The position numbers and the translations under genes are program-made. Below are positions 1 through 11,705 of a stretch of DNA of 64,000 nt, piece after piece. The stretch covers positions 1,302,001 through 1,366,000 of the forward strand of contig NIVC01000023.1 in the NCBI GenBank assembly GCA_002269645.1, in the 5' to 3' direction. How positions within the stretch are numbered: the stretch's first letter is position 1; each line of letters begins with the position of its first letter. The notes under the pieces were generated by a model. It was not told the origin of the DNA, did not search any database, and saw nothing but the letters and a program-made list of their open reading frames with translations. The stretch is from Macrostomum lignano (taxonomy: Eukaryota).

Positions 1-306
1 GGGTGAAGGAACAGAATGGATTGCTAATCTATAGCCATATCTGCTGGGTGAAGGAACAGAATGGATTGCTAATCTATAGCCATATCTGCTGGGTGAAGGA
101 ACAGAATGGATTGCTAATCTATAGCCATATCTGCTGGGTGAAGGAACAGAATGGATTGCTAATCTATAGCCATATCTGCTGGGTGAAGGAACAGAATGGA
201 TTGCTAATCTATAGCCATATCTGCTGGGTGAAGGAACAGAATGGATTGCTAATCTATAGCCATATCTGCTGGGTGAAGGAACAGAATGGATTGCTAATCT
301 ATAGCC
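1..306 (+). repeat. 45-bp minisatellite (gggtgaaggaacagaatggattgctaatctatagccatatctgct), truncated by the window start
   Basis: About 7 near-identical units read directly. The same unit recurs at 44196-44700 (reverse) and 47500-48082. Confidence 0.95.
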
Positions 307-330
307 ATATTTACTCTCCATATTCTACAG

Positions 331-562
331 AAAACTCTTCACAGCCAACAAGTCAGGTGACACCTTCGACTTTCATCATCAGCAGCAGCAGCAATTACGC
401 GTCCTCTCCGTTTCGACGGAGGCGGTGCAGCTGAGCCACCAGCAGCGCCCGCCGCCCCGCCGTCTGCCGCCAATCAGGAAGGCTGCATCAACCAGTCAGG
501 ACTCGAAGGATGGGGACCGCCTGCTGCATTCCGAAGATGCTGAAGGAAAGAACCTGTTTTAA
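331..562 (+). CDS. Putative terminal exon of an upstream plus-strand gene (KLFTANKSGDTFDFHHQQQQQ...EGKNLF*)
   Basis: Pyrimidine-rich acceptor ttactctccatattctacag at 330; open phase-2 frame to TAA at 560-562; AATAAA near 645 and 680. No homology recognised. Confidence 0.4.
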
Positions 563-697
563 AGTATTAAAATTAGTTGGGTAAAACATCGTTCACGCAC
601 ACTTTATGATCCGTCAACGTACTTAAGTGTCCGTTATACTGTAAATAAATTTGAATTTCTCAGTTGAAGCTGTTTACTAAATAAAATCATTCGTTTT

Positions 698-1003
698 GGG
701 CTGGGTGAGATGCGGGCTGGGTGAGATGCGGGTTGCGTGAGATGCGGGCTGGGTGAGATGCGGGCTGGGTGAGATGCGGGCTGGGTGAGATGCGGGTTGG
801 GTGAGATGCGGGTTGGTTGAGATGCGGGTTGGGTGAGATGCGGGTTGGGTGAGATGTGGGTTGGGTGAGATGCGGGCTGGGTGAGATGCGCGCTGGGTGA
901 GATGCAGGCTGGGTGAGATGTGGGTTGGGTGAGATGCGGGCTGGGTGAGATGCAGGCTGGGTGAGATGCGGGCTGGGTGAGATGCAGGCTGGGTGAGATG
1001 CGG
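698..1003 (+). repeat. 16-bp minisatellite (gggctgggtgagatgc)
   Basis: About 19 tandem units. The same unit forms intron 1 of the esterase-like gene in the opposite orientation (5333-5487). Confidence 0.95.
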
Positions 1004-1069
1004 ACTTTAATAGCTTACATTAAAGGCGCAACGTCATCGGCGACATCGTCCGACAAACAGCAGTGAGAG

Positions 1070-1330
1070 GCAATTCTGCCCATTCCCCTGACTCCTGAGC
1101 ACAAAGCAAGCGCGCAAATACTGTACACATGCCCGCACTCATACACACGCTCACACAGGGTGTACAGCGGCCCTGACATTTTAAGCCGTCAGGTATGTAC
1201 ACTCTCTGCGCCTGGGGGGGGTGGCCCTCATGGCCATGGCTGTGAATTGCACGACAACCCCCAGGCACGGACTACTTCACTGTCGTTCTACTTTAGAGTC
1301 CGTGCCCCCCCCCAGGGTCAGTTTTCGTGC
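1070..1330 (+). repeat. Dispersed repeat of unknown class, copy 1
   Basis: Blocks caattctgcccattcc..gactcctga..cagcggccctgac..gtcagg.atgtac..ggccctcatggc recur at ~38030-38160 (+) and ~46930-47060 (-). Confidence 0.7.
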
Positions 1331-1520
1331 GCACAAGCCCCAAAGGAATCGAACCAGCTGGGTTGTGTCATTTGTCAACAGACAGACAACAGACAGACTA
1401 ACTACAGACTAACTACAGACAGACAAACTAACAGACAGACAGCCTCTCTGTCCCTTGATGACGTAAAAACTTGCCTCCTTCGATGGCGAGCTGTATTGAG
1501 ACGCATTGGATTTGCTGAAA

Positions 1521-2725
<1,205 letters not shown>

Positions 2726-2873
2726 CAGGTGACAACTAAACTATTTGAGAACAGATCGTATTTACAAATCAACGAGCATGTGGATGTGTTGTATTGACTT
2801 CCAAATTCCAATTGTTAAAATAGGAAACTCCCAGGATTTGTCTCTTTGTCAGACAGAAAAAACCCCCATGCAA

Positions 2874-3489
2874 TCATTTTCTCTTTGGTCGAAGTCCCGG
2901 CCGAGAGGCATCGGGCTTGGTGCGCTGGCCAGATGCTGCGGCTCCCTCAACGGCTTGAAATCGTCCGTCTGGTCGACGTCCCGGCCGAGTGACGTCCAGA
3001 ATTCGACCTCCAGCTGTCCGCGAAGGCAGTTCCGTGTTCGAACCGGCTTCACCTCGTCGCAAATTGTCCACCTGAAGCGGCCGTCTTGGTCGACGCCTGC
3101 AGGCGAAGCACATCGATAGGCAGAGCAGCAGAAGAAGACCTCCAGCCACAGACAGAGCAACAAGGCTGATGGTGTTCACCGTTGAATTGCACCTGGCCCA
3201 GAACTCGGATTCCAGATCTGGCGGCCTGCTTGTCTGGGCGGTGGTGCCGCCATCCGCGCCGGTGTCCAAGGAGTTCACCCAGGGCAGCTCGTCCTGCCAG
3301 AACTGGCAGTCCTGTCTGTTCAGACCGCCGATGGACAGCTCCTGACCGGTGGTGCTGGACAGTCGGAGGAACTGCAGCTCGGCCAGAGACACAGCCGGCC
3401 AGTTAAACGAGCTGATTCTGCCATCATGACAGAACTCGGCCAGGGCAGCCGTCATGAGGCTTGACAGTTCGCGCTGCGCTCTGTCGTAC
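2874..3489 (-). CDS. Esterase-like gene exon 3 (TM helix and cytoplasmic tail)
   Basis: Acceptor tttacaatttcgcag; phase matches exon 2; ends RPKRK*. Confidence 0.85.
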
Positions 3490-6063
3490 CTGCGAAATTG
3501 TAAAAACAAAACTGATTATAGCTCGTATTCATCGATATATTTCAGCAATTTCTGTCTACCTGTAAAGAGTAGCATTCAACAGTTATGCAGTGCCAGGCGC
3601 ACCGATTCATACCGTTGAGACTACACGACGAAATATAACTACACCTTTAAAACTGCGTGGAATTCGGTTGTTTCGTTCATTTAAATTGGTGCGAGGCCCG
3701 TTGGAAGTCTGACGTGTTGTCGAGCCTGGCAAAAATTTTACGTAGACAAACCGTAGCCAGGAAAAGCCATAGACAACAGAAATCAATTTATTTTAAAGGC
3801 GATCAATTCGGACCACAGCTGGAAGGCATGTATGGTAAAAGTAATGAATGGCGCAGAGAGGACCATACGCTGAAATCAGCCTGGTGGACAGAGAGAGGAC
3901 AGTGAATGCACACTAGTCTATGGTTTATATACTGTCCTGCTATACAACGCCGAGACGTGGACGCTGGAGCAGCAGTTGGACTCGGCGCACTCAGGGCTGC
4001 TCCATGCGGCCTTTCGAGCTGACGAGAGTGTCGGGACCGAGGCCCTGTGCAATCTGGCCAAGCTGCAGCGCCCGTCCATCATCCTGCGCAGGCGGCGACT
4101 TCAACTGGCGGGCCACGTGATCTGGGCCGAGAGCTACTGCCCCCAACCTGTTCAGGACGTCCTGCTGCTCACCTTGCAGGGCCCATTCAGGTGGGGTCAG
4201 GCCCAAACCCGTCGATGCGTGGACTGCCTCCGATGCAACCCCGGGGCGCCCGACTGTTTACTCTGCCATCAGACGCACCCTGCTTTGTGACTTTGCATGC
4301 GGGGTTGCGTAAATTGTTGTTGTTGTTTTTGTTATATGAACTCTGCTGGGCTCTTTGCAACGCACCAAATTTGACGCAGTAAACACCAAATAGGAAGCAA
4401 GAAGGTATAATAAGACCCATAGGACTCCACTCATAGAAACCCATGCACCCATTCGATTTGCACTCTTGCGAGCTTCACCTCTGGTCGCCCAGCGGCTCGC
4501 CAGCGAAGTAGGCCGCGTCCTCGCCGAGGCCGTCTGTGGAGTCGCCGCCGGGATGCGGAGCTTCGGCAAACTGGTAGACGAAGACGGGCGCAGATGCGCC
4601 GCAGAGCCAGTCGGACAGTTGGTTCACCGGACACGCGGAATGCCACAGGCCGAGGCCCCGAGCCAGCAGCTGCTTGTTGAGCCGAGCAGCGGAGGCGCTT
4701 GGGAAGGCGGTGAGGCGGCCGGACAGAAGCCGGCGGCCCGTGGCGGAGGGACGGCGAGGGAAGCTGGGGAAGAAACGAAACGCCTCGTCCAGTACGTCCT
4801 GATACAGCTGGCCGGCGAGGCCGGAAACGTTTCGGTGTCCGATGGCGCGAACGGCGAGCGAGTCGCTGTCGCTTTCGGCGACTCCGAGGACGACAGGCTT
4901 CGGAGTGGCGAGGCTGCCCGGTGCCGGGCGGTCAGTGATGAAGCGGCCGTCAATGACGACCGGGAAGGCGGCGACGTCGAGCGGCCGGTCGGCCGGCGGC
5001 TGCAGCGCTGTTAGGGCGTCAGCACCGGCGTCCCGAAGACAGCGGAGCGTTTCCGAGTCGTTGGCGCGGCGGCAGGAGGCTCGGGCGGTGAAGTCGTCCG
5101 CGATAGCGGAAGCAGCGGCGTCGTCGGTGACGAGAAGCCACGGCGCCAGCGGCGAGCCGCCAAGCAACGCCGCCCTGTGAAAGAGTCGACTGCTGCCGGC
5201 GCTGAAGAGATGGAGACCCGTCGCCGAGGCGCCGTAACTCGCGCCAGCCAGCGTCACGCTGCCGGCGTCGCCTCCAAAGGCACGAATGTTAGAGCTAATC
5301 TGAAAAGTAAGATTACGCTCTTGGTGTGATATCTCACCCGGCCCGCATCTCACCCAACCCGCATCTCAACCAGCCCGCATCTCACCCAATCCGCATCTCA
5401 CCCAATCCGCATCTCACCCAACCCACATCTCACCCAATCCGCATCTCACCCAACCCGCATCTCACCCAGCCAACATCTCACCCAGCTTAGCGCCATCTGC
5501 TGGTCCAGCAGTCCCCAGTTGCCCCCGGTGGTTCCGGGAGGCCTAAGGAAGCCGAGGACTCCCAGCCGGAAGGCGACCTCAACCAGCAGCAGCCGCTGCC
5601 GCGCCACCAACTGGCGGCCAAGCGGCGCCTCAGGCTCGGAGATGCCGCCAGTTTCCAGGAATCCGGAGTGCAGCCAAGCAATCACCGGTCGGCTTGAGTC
5701 GGCCTGATGGGGCACCGGAGTCTGGATGTTCAAGTACAAGCAATCTTCGGACATGCGCAGACTCGAACCAGCAGCTGCCAGCTGGAGGCACCGCGGCTTC
5801 GACGCGTTGGCCATCAACTCGGGCTTGGCGCCGGGTTCGTTGCTACGCGGCGGTTGCCATGGCAACGGAGGCGCAAATCGGAGCTGACCGGTTGGAGGCT
5901 GGGCGTAGGGCACCCCGAAGAAGCCGCGAGTCGTGTCATTGTCGCTGCCATCTCCTTGAAGCAACAGGCCGACGTAAGCGGCCAAGTCGGTCTCAACGCG
6001 AATTTCTTTGCCACTGGCAATCGCGCAACAGAGGCTCAATGCCAGGAAAGCTTTAAGTCTCAT
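2874..6063 (-). CDS. Carboxylesterase/cholinesterase-family (type-B) single-pass membrane protein, ~672 aa, probably non-catalytic
   Basis: join(5482-6063, 4479-5299, 2874-3489) = 2019 nt, phases 0 and 2, GT-AG introns. Signal peptide MRLKAFLALSLCCAIASG. Family motifs: FFGVPYAQPPTGQLRFAPP, SEDCLYLNI, FRLGVLGFL, GNWGLLDQQMALSW|ISSNIRAFGGD, GASYG nucleophile elbow, DCQFW. TM helix LVALSVAGGLLLLLCLSMCFAC followed by RRR. Confidence 0.9.
3925..4335 (+). mobile_element. 3' remnant of an RTE-clade LINE in intron 2, antisense to the host gene
   Basis: Translates VLLYNAETWTL...LRRRRLQLAGHV, typical of the RTE RT C-terminal region; followed by a short (TTG)n tail at ~4315-4335. Confidence 0.7.
4479..5299 (-). 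CDS. Esterase-like gene exon 2
   Basis: Acceptor ttacttttcag; starts ISSNIRAFGGD; donor AG|GTGAAG (phase 2). Confidence 0.88.
5333..5487 (-). repeat. 16-bp minisatellite spanning the exon 1/intron 1 junction; each unit carries a GG|GTGAGA donor-like site
   Basis: Minus strand reads AGCTGG|GTGAGATGTTGGCTGG GTGAGATGCGGGTTGG GTGAGA..., about 9-10 units. Confidence 0.9.
5482..6063 (-). CDS. Esterase-like gene exon 1
   Basis: ATG at 6063; ends ...ALSW before donor GTGAGA at 5481. Confidence 0.9.
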
Positions 6064-6394
6064 TTTAAAGCGCTTAGCTCAACCTTTTCTGGTCTCATCG
6101 ACTTTCATTCGGTTTGAAACTTTTCTTACTTTTTATTTATGATTAAGGATACATGCGAAAAAATATTTTATCAGCAGTAGCTGTTTGAGTTCGGATTGCA
6201 CATTACTTCTGGAGATTTTCTATGTCTACTCTATGAGTTACAGTACACGAGCTTATAGTCTGTCCTTATCTTGCAGAAGAGGTCTCTTTGCACGTACATG
6301 TACAAGTAAGAGCAACATTTGGTCATATCTTCGATGCACTTGCTAATGCTTCGGTTCTAAGCATTCAGTTTGACTTTTTAAAATAGTTCTTCAT

Positions 6395-9300
6395 TCAAAT
6401 CGCCCCGCCGAATACAAAATCAATGGCCGATTGTTCATCTGGCAGCTGTGCCTCCGGTGGCTCGTAGCCTCGGATGTACTTGCAGCTCAGCACCTCGCGC
6501 CACACCGCAGTCTCGTTCTCGTCATCACCTTTAGCGTCGTCGCTGTCATTCGGTTTCTTCTTACCACTGTCATTCTGTTGGATCTCGCCGCCATCGTTCT
6601 CTTCGATCTCGCCGTCTAATTTATTCTCTTTGATCTCACCGCCGTCATTCTCTTTGAAGTCGCCGCCGTTATTCTCTTTGATCTCGCCGCCGTCATTCTC
6701 TTTGATCTCGCCGCCGTCATTCTTTTTTATGTCGCCGCCGTCATTCTCTTTGATGCCGCCGCCGTCATTCTTTTTCATATCACTAGTTACAGAGGTACTA
6801 TTAGGATGACGGTGTACTTTTGACACTTCCGTATCATCGTCAGGCAACGGAGAAAGTGATCGCTTATTTGATTCGGTCAGCGGTTTCAGGTATCGGTCTA
6901 GTTGACGGTTGTACTGCTTCAGGTGCTGTTTTCTAGGTGGCTTGTTGGTTTGTTGGCGCTGCTGTTGCATTGCCAAGTTTGAATCGCGCATAGATACATG
7001 GAGTATTTCTGAATATCTGTAAAAATGTGAGACAATGAAGCTAATTGCCATTTAAAGCAGCATAATATTAAAGGAGTTATAAATTCTGTTTACCTGTTAG
7101 ACTTCCCAGTCTCTCGCCGTTGTCGCTTTATCCGGCAGTCGTCGAGGAGCTGGCGAGTTCGTTCAGACGGCGGTAGGGACGGCCAGTGCTGGATTGATTC
7201 GCGAGTTTCCGCAATCTGACTGAGAATTCTGTGCGCCGCCCGTTCCTGACGAAATGATTCGGTTTTGTTTGTTGGATTAGATAAAATTACAAATTAAGTG
7301 TGTCAACTCGCAGATATTGTGTCCGCAACCGAAGTTAAATCGACAATATTTAAAAGTCATGTCTCTCGGCGCTCGCTGATTGGCTGAGCAGTTTTCTTTC
7401 TCTCTCCCTTCCCCCAGTCTAGCTGGGCAAGCCCCACCACCCCAATCTGCCAGTCCCGCCGGCCGCACTGATTGGCCTGAAAAGGGATAGAAAGGCGCCA
7501 ACCCTCTGTCTCAGCTTGCAGGAATCACAAGTGAAGTGAAGTCCCTCCTAAAAACCAGTCCTGACTTATCGCGAGCTCAAAACTCACATTGTTTTCGACA
7601 CGCATGTAGAAGTTCACACAACTCTTGTCAGTTCTCTTGTCCTGTTCTATTTTTATAAGGAATGACAAATATAATTAATTACATATAGATTACCTGCATC
7701 TCAGTTCGCACTAATTGTTGCCTATCGGCATGCCAGTGGCAGACCTGCTGCTTTGAGCTGGTCTGAAACAGCTCCTTGCTCAGGTCAGACAGGTACCTAT
7801 GATCTTGCAGAAAGTCCGAGCTCTCTTCTCGGCTTGAAACGCCGTCCCTGTCCACAACTCCGCTCGCTGATTTATCCAGTTCGCCGTCGACGTCTTGACA
7901 GCGGTTGTTGAAACGGGCCCGGAGAGCCTTTTAAATTTAGGAATTTAAATATAGCATTTAATTTAGCATTTTTTAGAACTGTGGAGAGTGACATTGTGCT
8001 TTGCAAGTGTAAAAGTATAAATGTAGATGGAGTTCGTTAAGGGGCGGTTCACAAGCAAGCGATACCTCTTCATTCCTTCAAAAGATTAAAATTTGTCAGC
8101 TCAATAGTTTCTATCAATAGTGAAGTTGTGTCCGGCAATATTAAGCTCAGAGTTTGTAAAAGTCCTTATACAGACTTTTGAACTTCCGTCTTACCTGGAT
8201 GCACTTCTCGCCCAATCTGGATTCCGGCCTTCGAATCAGCTGCCTATAAAGCTGCCTATAGTGCCCGATGCACTTTTGTCCCGGCCAGAGCAGCCGCATG
8301 TTCAATCGAATCTGCGGTTGTCGCGGCGGCAGCTCCAGCCGCCAGTCGGGCTCCGAGGCGTCGCGCTGGCGCCACCGGAGCTGCCGCTCCTCAAACTCTT
8401 CGCGCGCCTTCTCTGTCGCGTGCGGTTGAGACCGTTTAAAGAATATCGTTGATATTTTATTCCTAATCAAGGATTTGTCATCTCTGATCCTTGACTCCCG
8501 ATTCCCAATTAGTGATTCTCGATTCCCGATTCCCGATTCCCAATTAGTGATTCTCGATTTCCGATTCCCAATTCCCAATTAGTGATTCTCGATTCCCGAT
8601 TCCCAATTAGTGATTCCCGATTCCCAATGTGTAATTCTCGATTTCCGATTCCCAATTAGTGATTCCCGATTCCCGATTCCCAATTAGTGATTCCCGATTC
8701 CCGATTCCCAATTAGTGATTCTCGATTCCCGATTCCCGATTCCCAATTAGTGATTCTCGATTCCCGATTCCCAATTAGTGATTCCCGATTCCCAATGTGT
8801 AATTCTCGATTTCCGATTCCCAATTAGTGATTCTCGATTCCCGATTCCCAATTAGTGATTCTCGATTCCCGATTACCAATTAGTGATTCTCAACTCCCGA
8901 TTCCCAATTAGTGATTCCCGATTCCCAATGTGTAATTCTCGATTTCCGATTCCCAATTAGTGATTCTCGATTCCGGATTCCCAATTAGTGATTCTCGATT
9001 CCGGATTCCCAATTAGTGATTCTCGATTTCCGATTCCCAATTAGTGATTCTCGATTCCCGATTCCCAATTAGTGATTCTCGATTTCCGATTCCCAATTAG
9101 TGATTCTCGATTTCCGATTCCCAAGTAGTGATTCTCGATTCCCGATTTCCTATTAGTGATTCTCGATTTCCGATTCCCAATTAGTGATTCTCGATTCCGA
9201 TTCTCAATTAGTGATTCTTGATTCTCGATTCCTGATACCCGATCCCTGATTCTTAATTCATGATTCCCGATTCCCGATTCCTAAGCCCTCAGTTGAGAAT

Positions 9301-9633
9301 TCATAATTTTATTTTTATCATCCTCCTTACTTCTTAATTCTGAAATCCGAAGTCCTAATCGTACCATTCTTATAATCTAAGGTTCAGTATTTGACACACA
9401 ATTCATTAGCAAGACGTCTTACTCGACTTGTACTTGACATTCTGCAGATAATTCTTCTTTTTATTCGCTTCGATCTTCTCCATCACTTCGTCCAGCATCT
9501 TGGAGTCATTTTCCAGCAAAGTGATCTCCTCGTCGCGCAGGCTCAGCACCAGCAGACGCATCCGTACGGCCTCCTCCGCCAAGCGGTTCACCAAGTTGAG
9601 CCGTTCCTGATCCATCTCGGCCGTGGCGAGCAT
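6395..9633 (-). CDS. Uncharacterised protein, ~490 aa: coiled-coil N-terminus and acidic (K-E-N-D-G-G-E-I) repeats near the C-terminus
   Basis: join(~9434-9633, 8195-8462, 7694-7927, 7094-7245, 6395-7016). Introns 2-4 are GT-AG with matching phases (0, 0, 2); the exon 1 donor is uncertain (9434 or 9423). No family recognised. Confidence 0.65.
8500..9290 (+). repeat. Composite ~28-bp minisatellite (cccgattcccaattagtgattctcgatt) in intron 1 of the coiled-coil gene
   Basis: Direct reading. Confidence 0.92.
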
Positions 9634-10110
9634 GTTGCTATGAGGAGCTTGAGACTAGCCTACTCACTAAAGCTCAGTATATTATATTATAGAAGTGCTA
9701 CAATAGACTTAGGACTGAGACAGGCTGCTTGTGAACTGCCAATGAGAACTGAGAACCGTATATATAGTGCGAAACAGTATTGCATAGTGATGTGGCTGGC
9801 TGCATCTAACAATGGGAGCTATTGTGTGCTTCCGCATGTGCACTGCTTCACTTCCGGGAGTTCATTGCACGCTATTCATCATTTCTGAATGCTTTTACTG
9901 CTTTCGTTAAACAGAGATTTCTTCTAATATTGTAAAACGGTAGCAACGTTAGCAGCTGAAGTTTAGAAGATCTTTTCCCACAGAACTGAGCTTGTATTGT
10001 TAGTTTAGACCTTAGCAACGCATACTATACTGAGAAGACATTTTTGTTGAACTGGCGAGAGCAAACGATTTCGCAGGAATACATGGGGGCACAGCCCTTA
10101 AAGCTTATAT

Positions 10111-10660
10111 ATTAAAACTATATGAGCGCAAAAGGGGGTCAGAAAATCGATAAGAGTGCGCGCAGGGGAGAGAGGGACAGACAGATAAAAACATGAACAA
10201 TTAGGCTGGAGAGAGAAAACGTAAAAATAAGGACAGAAAAACGAGTGGGGTGGGCGACCAAGAGGCAGGGTGGAGAGATAAGATTAAATTAATATTAAAA
10301 CTATGACCGCAAAAAGGGGGGTTAGAAAATCGATAAGAGTGCGCGCAGGGGAGAGAGGGACAGACAGATAAAAACATGAGCAATTAGGCTGGAGAGAGAA
10401 AACGTAAAAATAAGGACAGAGAAACGAGTGGGGTGGGCGACCAAGAGGCAGGGTGGAGAGATAAGAGTAAATTATTAAATTAATATTAACACTATGACCG
10501 CAAAAAGGGGGGTTAGAAAATCGATAAGAGTGCGCGCAGGGAAAAGGGACAGACAGATAAAAACATAAACAAGTAGGCTGGAGAGAGAAAACGTAAAAAT
10601 AAGAACAGAAAAACGAGCGCTGGGAGTGGGGTGGGCGACCAAGATGCAGGGTGGAGAGAA
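10111..10660 (+). repeat. Three tandem copies of a ~185-bp unit
   Basis: attaaaactat..gcaaaa.gggg..agaaaatcgataagagtgcgcgcagggg begins at ~10111, ~10293 and ~10484. Confidence 0.9.
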
Positions 10661-11410
10661 AAGAATTAACACGCGCACAGAGAGAGAGACAGCCAATCAG
10701 AACGCAGAGAGGGACGAACAGAGAGCAAGGAATACAAAAATACACACGAACACCCAGCAGAGACAGGAGCCCAAGTGCAAATACACGAAAGTCGCGACAA
10801 CTAACTCAAATCCATCAAAATAATTCTAGGTTCAAGAATTACCGAGCCTATTTGAATCTAAATAGAATATTATTAAAACGTTGTGTTCGGAGAACGAACG
10901 CAAAAATGAGGTCAATTAGTCTGCATTGTCTGATTTTTATAAGCTCATAAGTGAGCTCATAACTGTTTAATTTAGTTCATCTGTTGAGTGAGCAGGTGTT
11001 GAAACCAATCAGACAAGAGTCTGCTTGGACTCAAAGTTCACTTGTGTAAATCTACGACAATGATCCATTAGACAATATTGCGCGCCTGTTCCGCCATCAC
11101 TTGGGTTGCTAGGATGCTTCAGCACTGCGGAAGGCTCAGCCTCAGCATCTGCAGAGTCAATCTGCACTTGGTCCTCAGAGGCCAACTGTGTCGAGCTAAG
11201 CAGCCTCGCTTCCTAGCGTGAGATTGCGAGTACATTGAGATTTGTTGAAATTCCAAGATTCCTATGTGTATAACACCAGCATGTAAACTTTGAAATCTTT
11301 TTCCCAACTCTATATCTCCCAATAGTTACGCAATAATTAAGACTTTACTTTAATTACCTTTTTCCTGAGAGCAGCTCCACACTTCTCTTTCGTTCTATTG
11401 TGTCTGCGGC

Positions 11411-11424
11411 TCTCTCCATGTCTT

Positions 11425-11509
<85 letters not shown>

Positions 11510-11636
11510 CATGCCTCTCTTATCTCTCTACATGCCTCTTTCATCTCTCTCTCCATGTCTCTCATCTTTCTCTCCATGTCTCTCATCTCTCTTTCTATGT
11601 CTCTCCTCTTTCTCTCCATGTCTCTTATCTCTCTTC

Positions 11637-11685
<49 letters not shown>

Positions 11686-11705
11686 TCTCTCTCTCTCTCT
11701 CTCTC
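11411..11705 (+). repeat. Compound (CT)n microsatellite, left flank of the Penelope-like element
   Basis: (ct)n-cgccatgcctct-(ctccatgtct..)n-(ct)n; the same architecture recurs at 13413-13860. Confidence 0.92.

Noticed and set aside
10990-11330. Exon-like GC-balanced stretch between the Penelope element and the 185-bp repeat
   Set aside because: No consistent frame with splice sites and no recognisable product.
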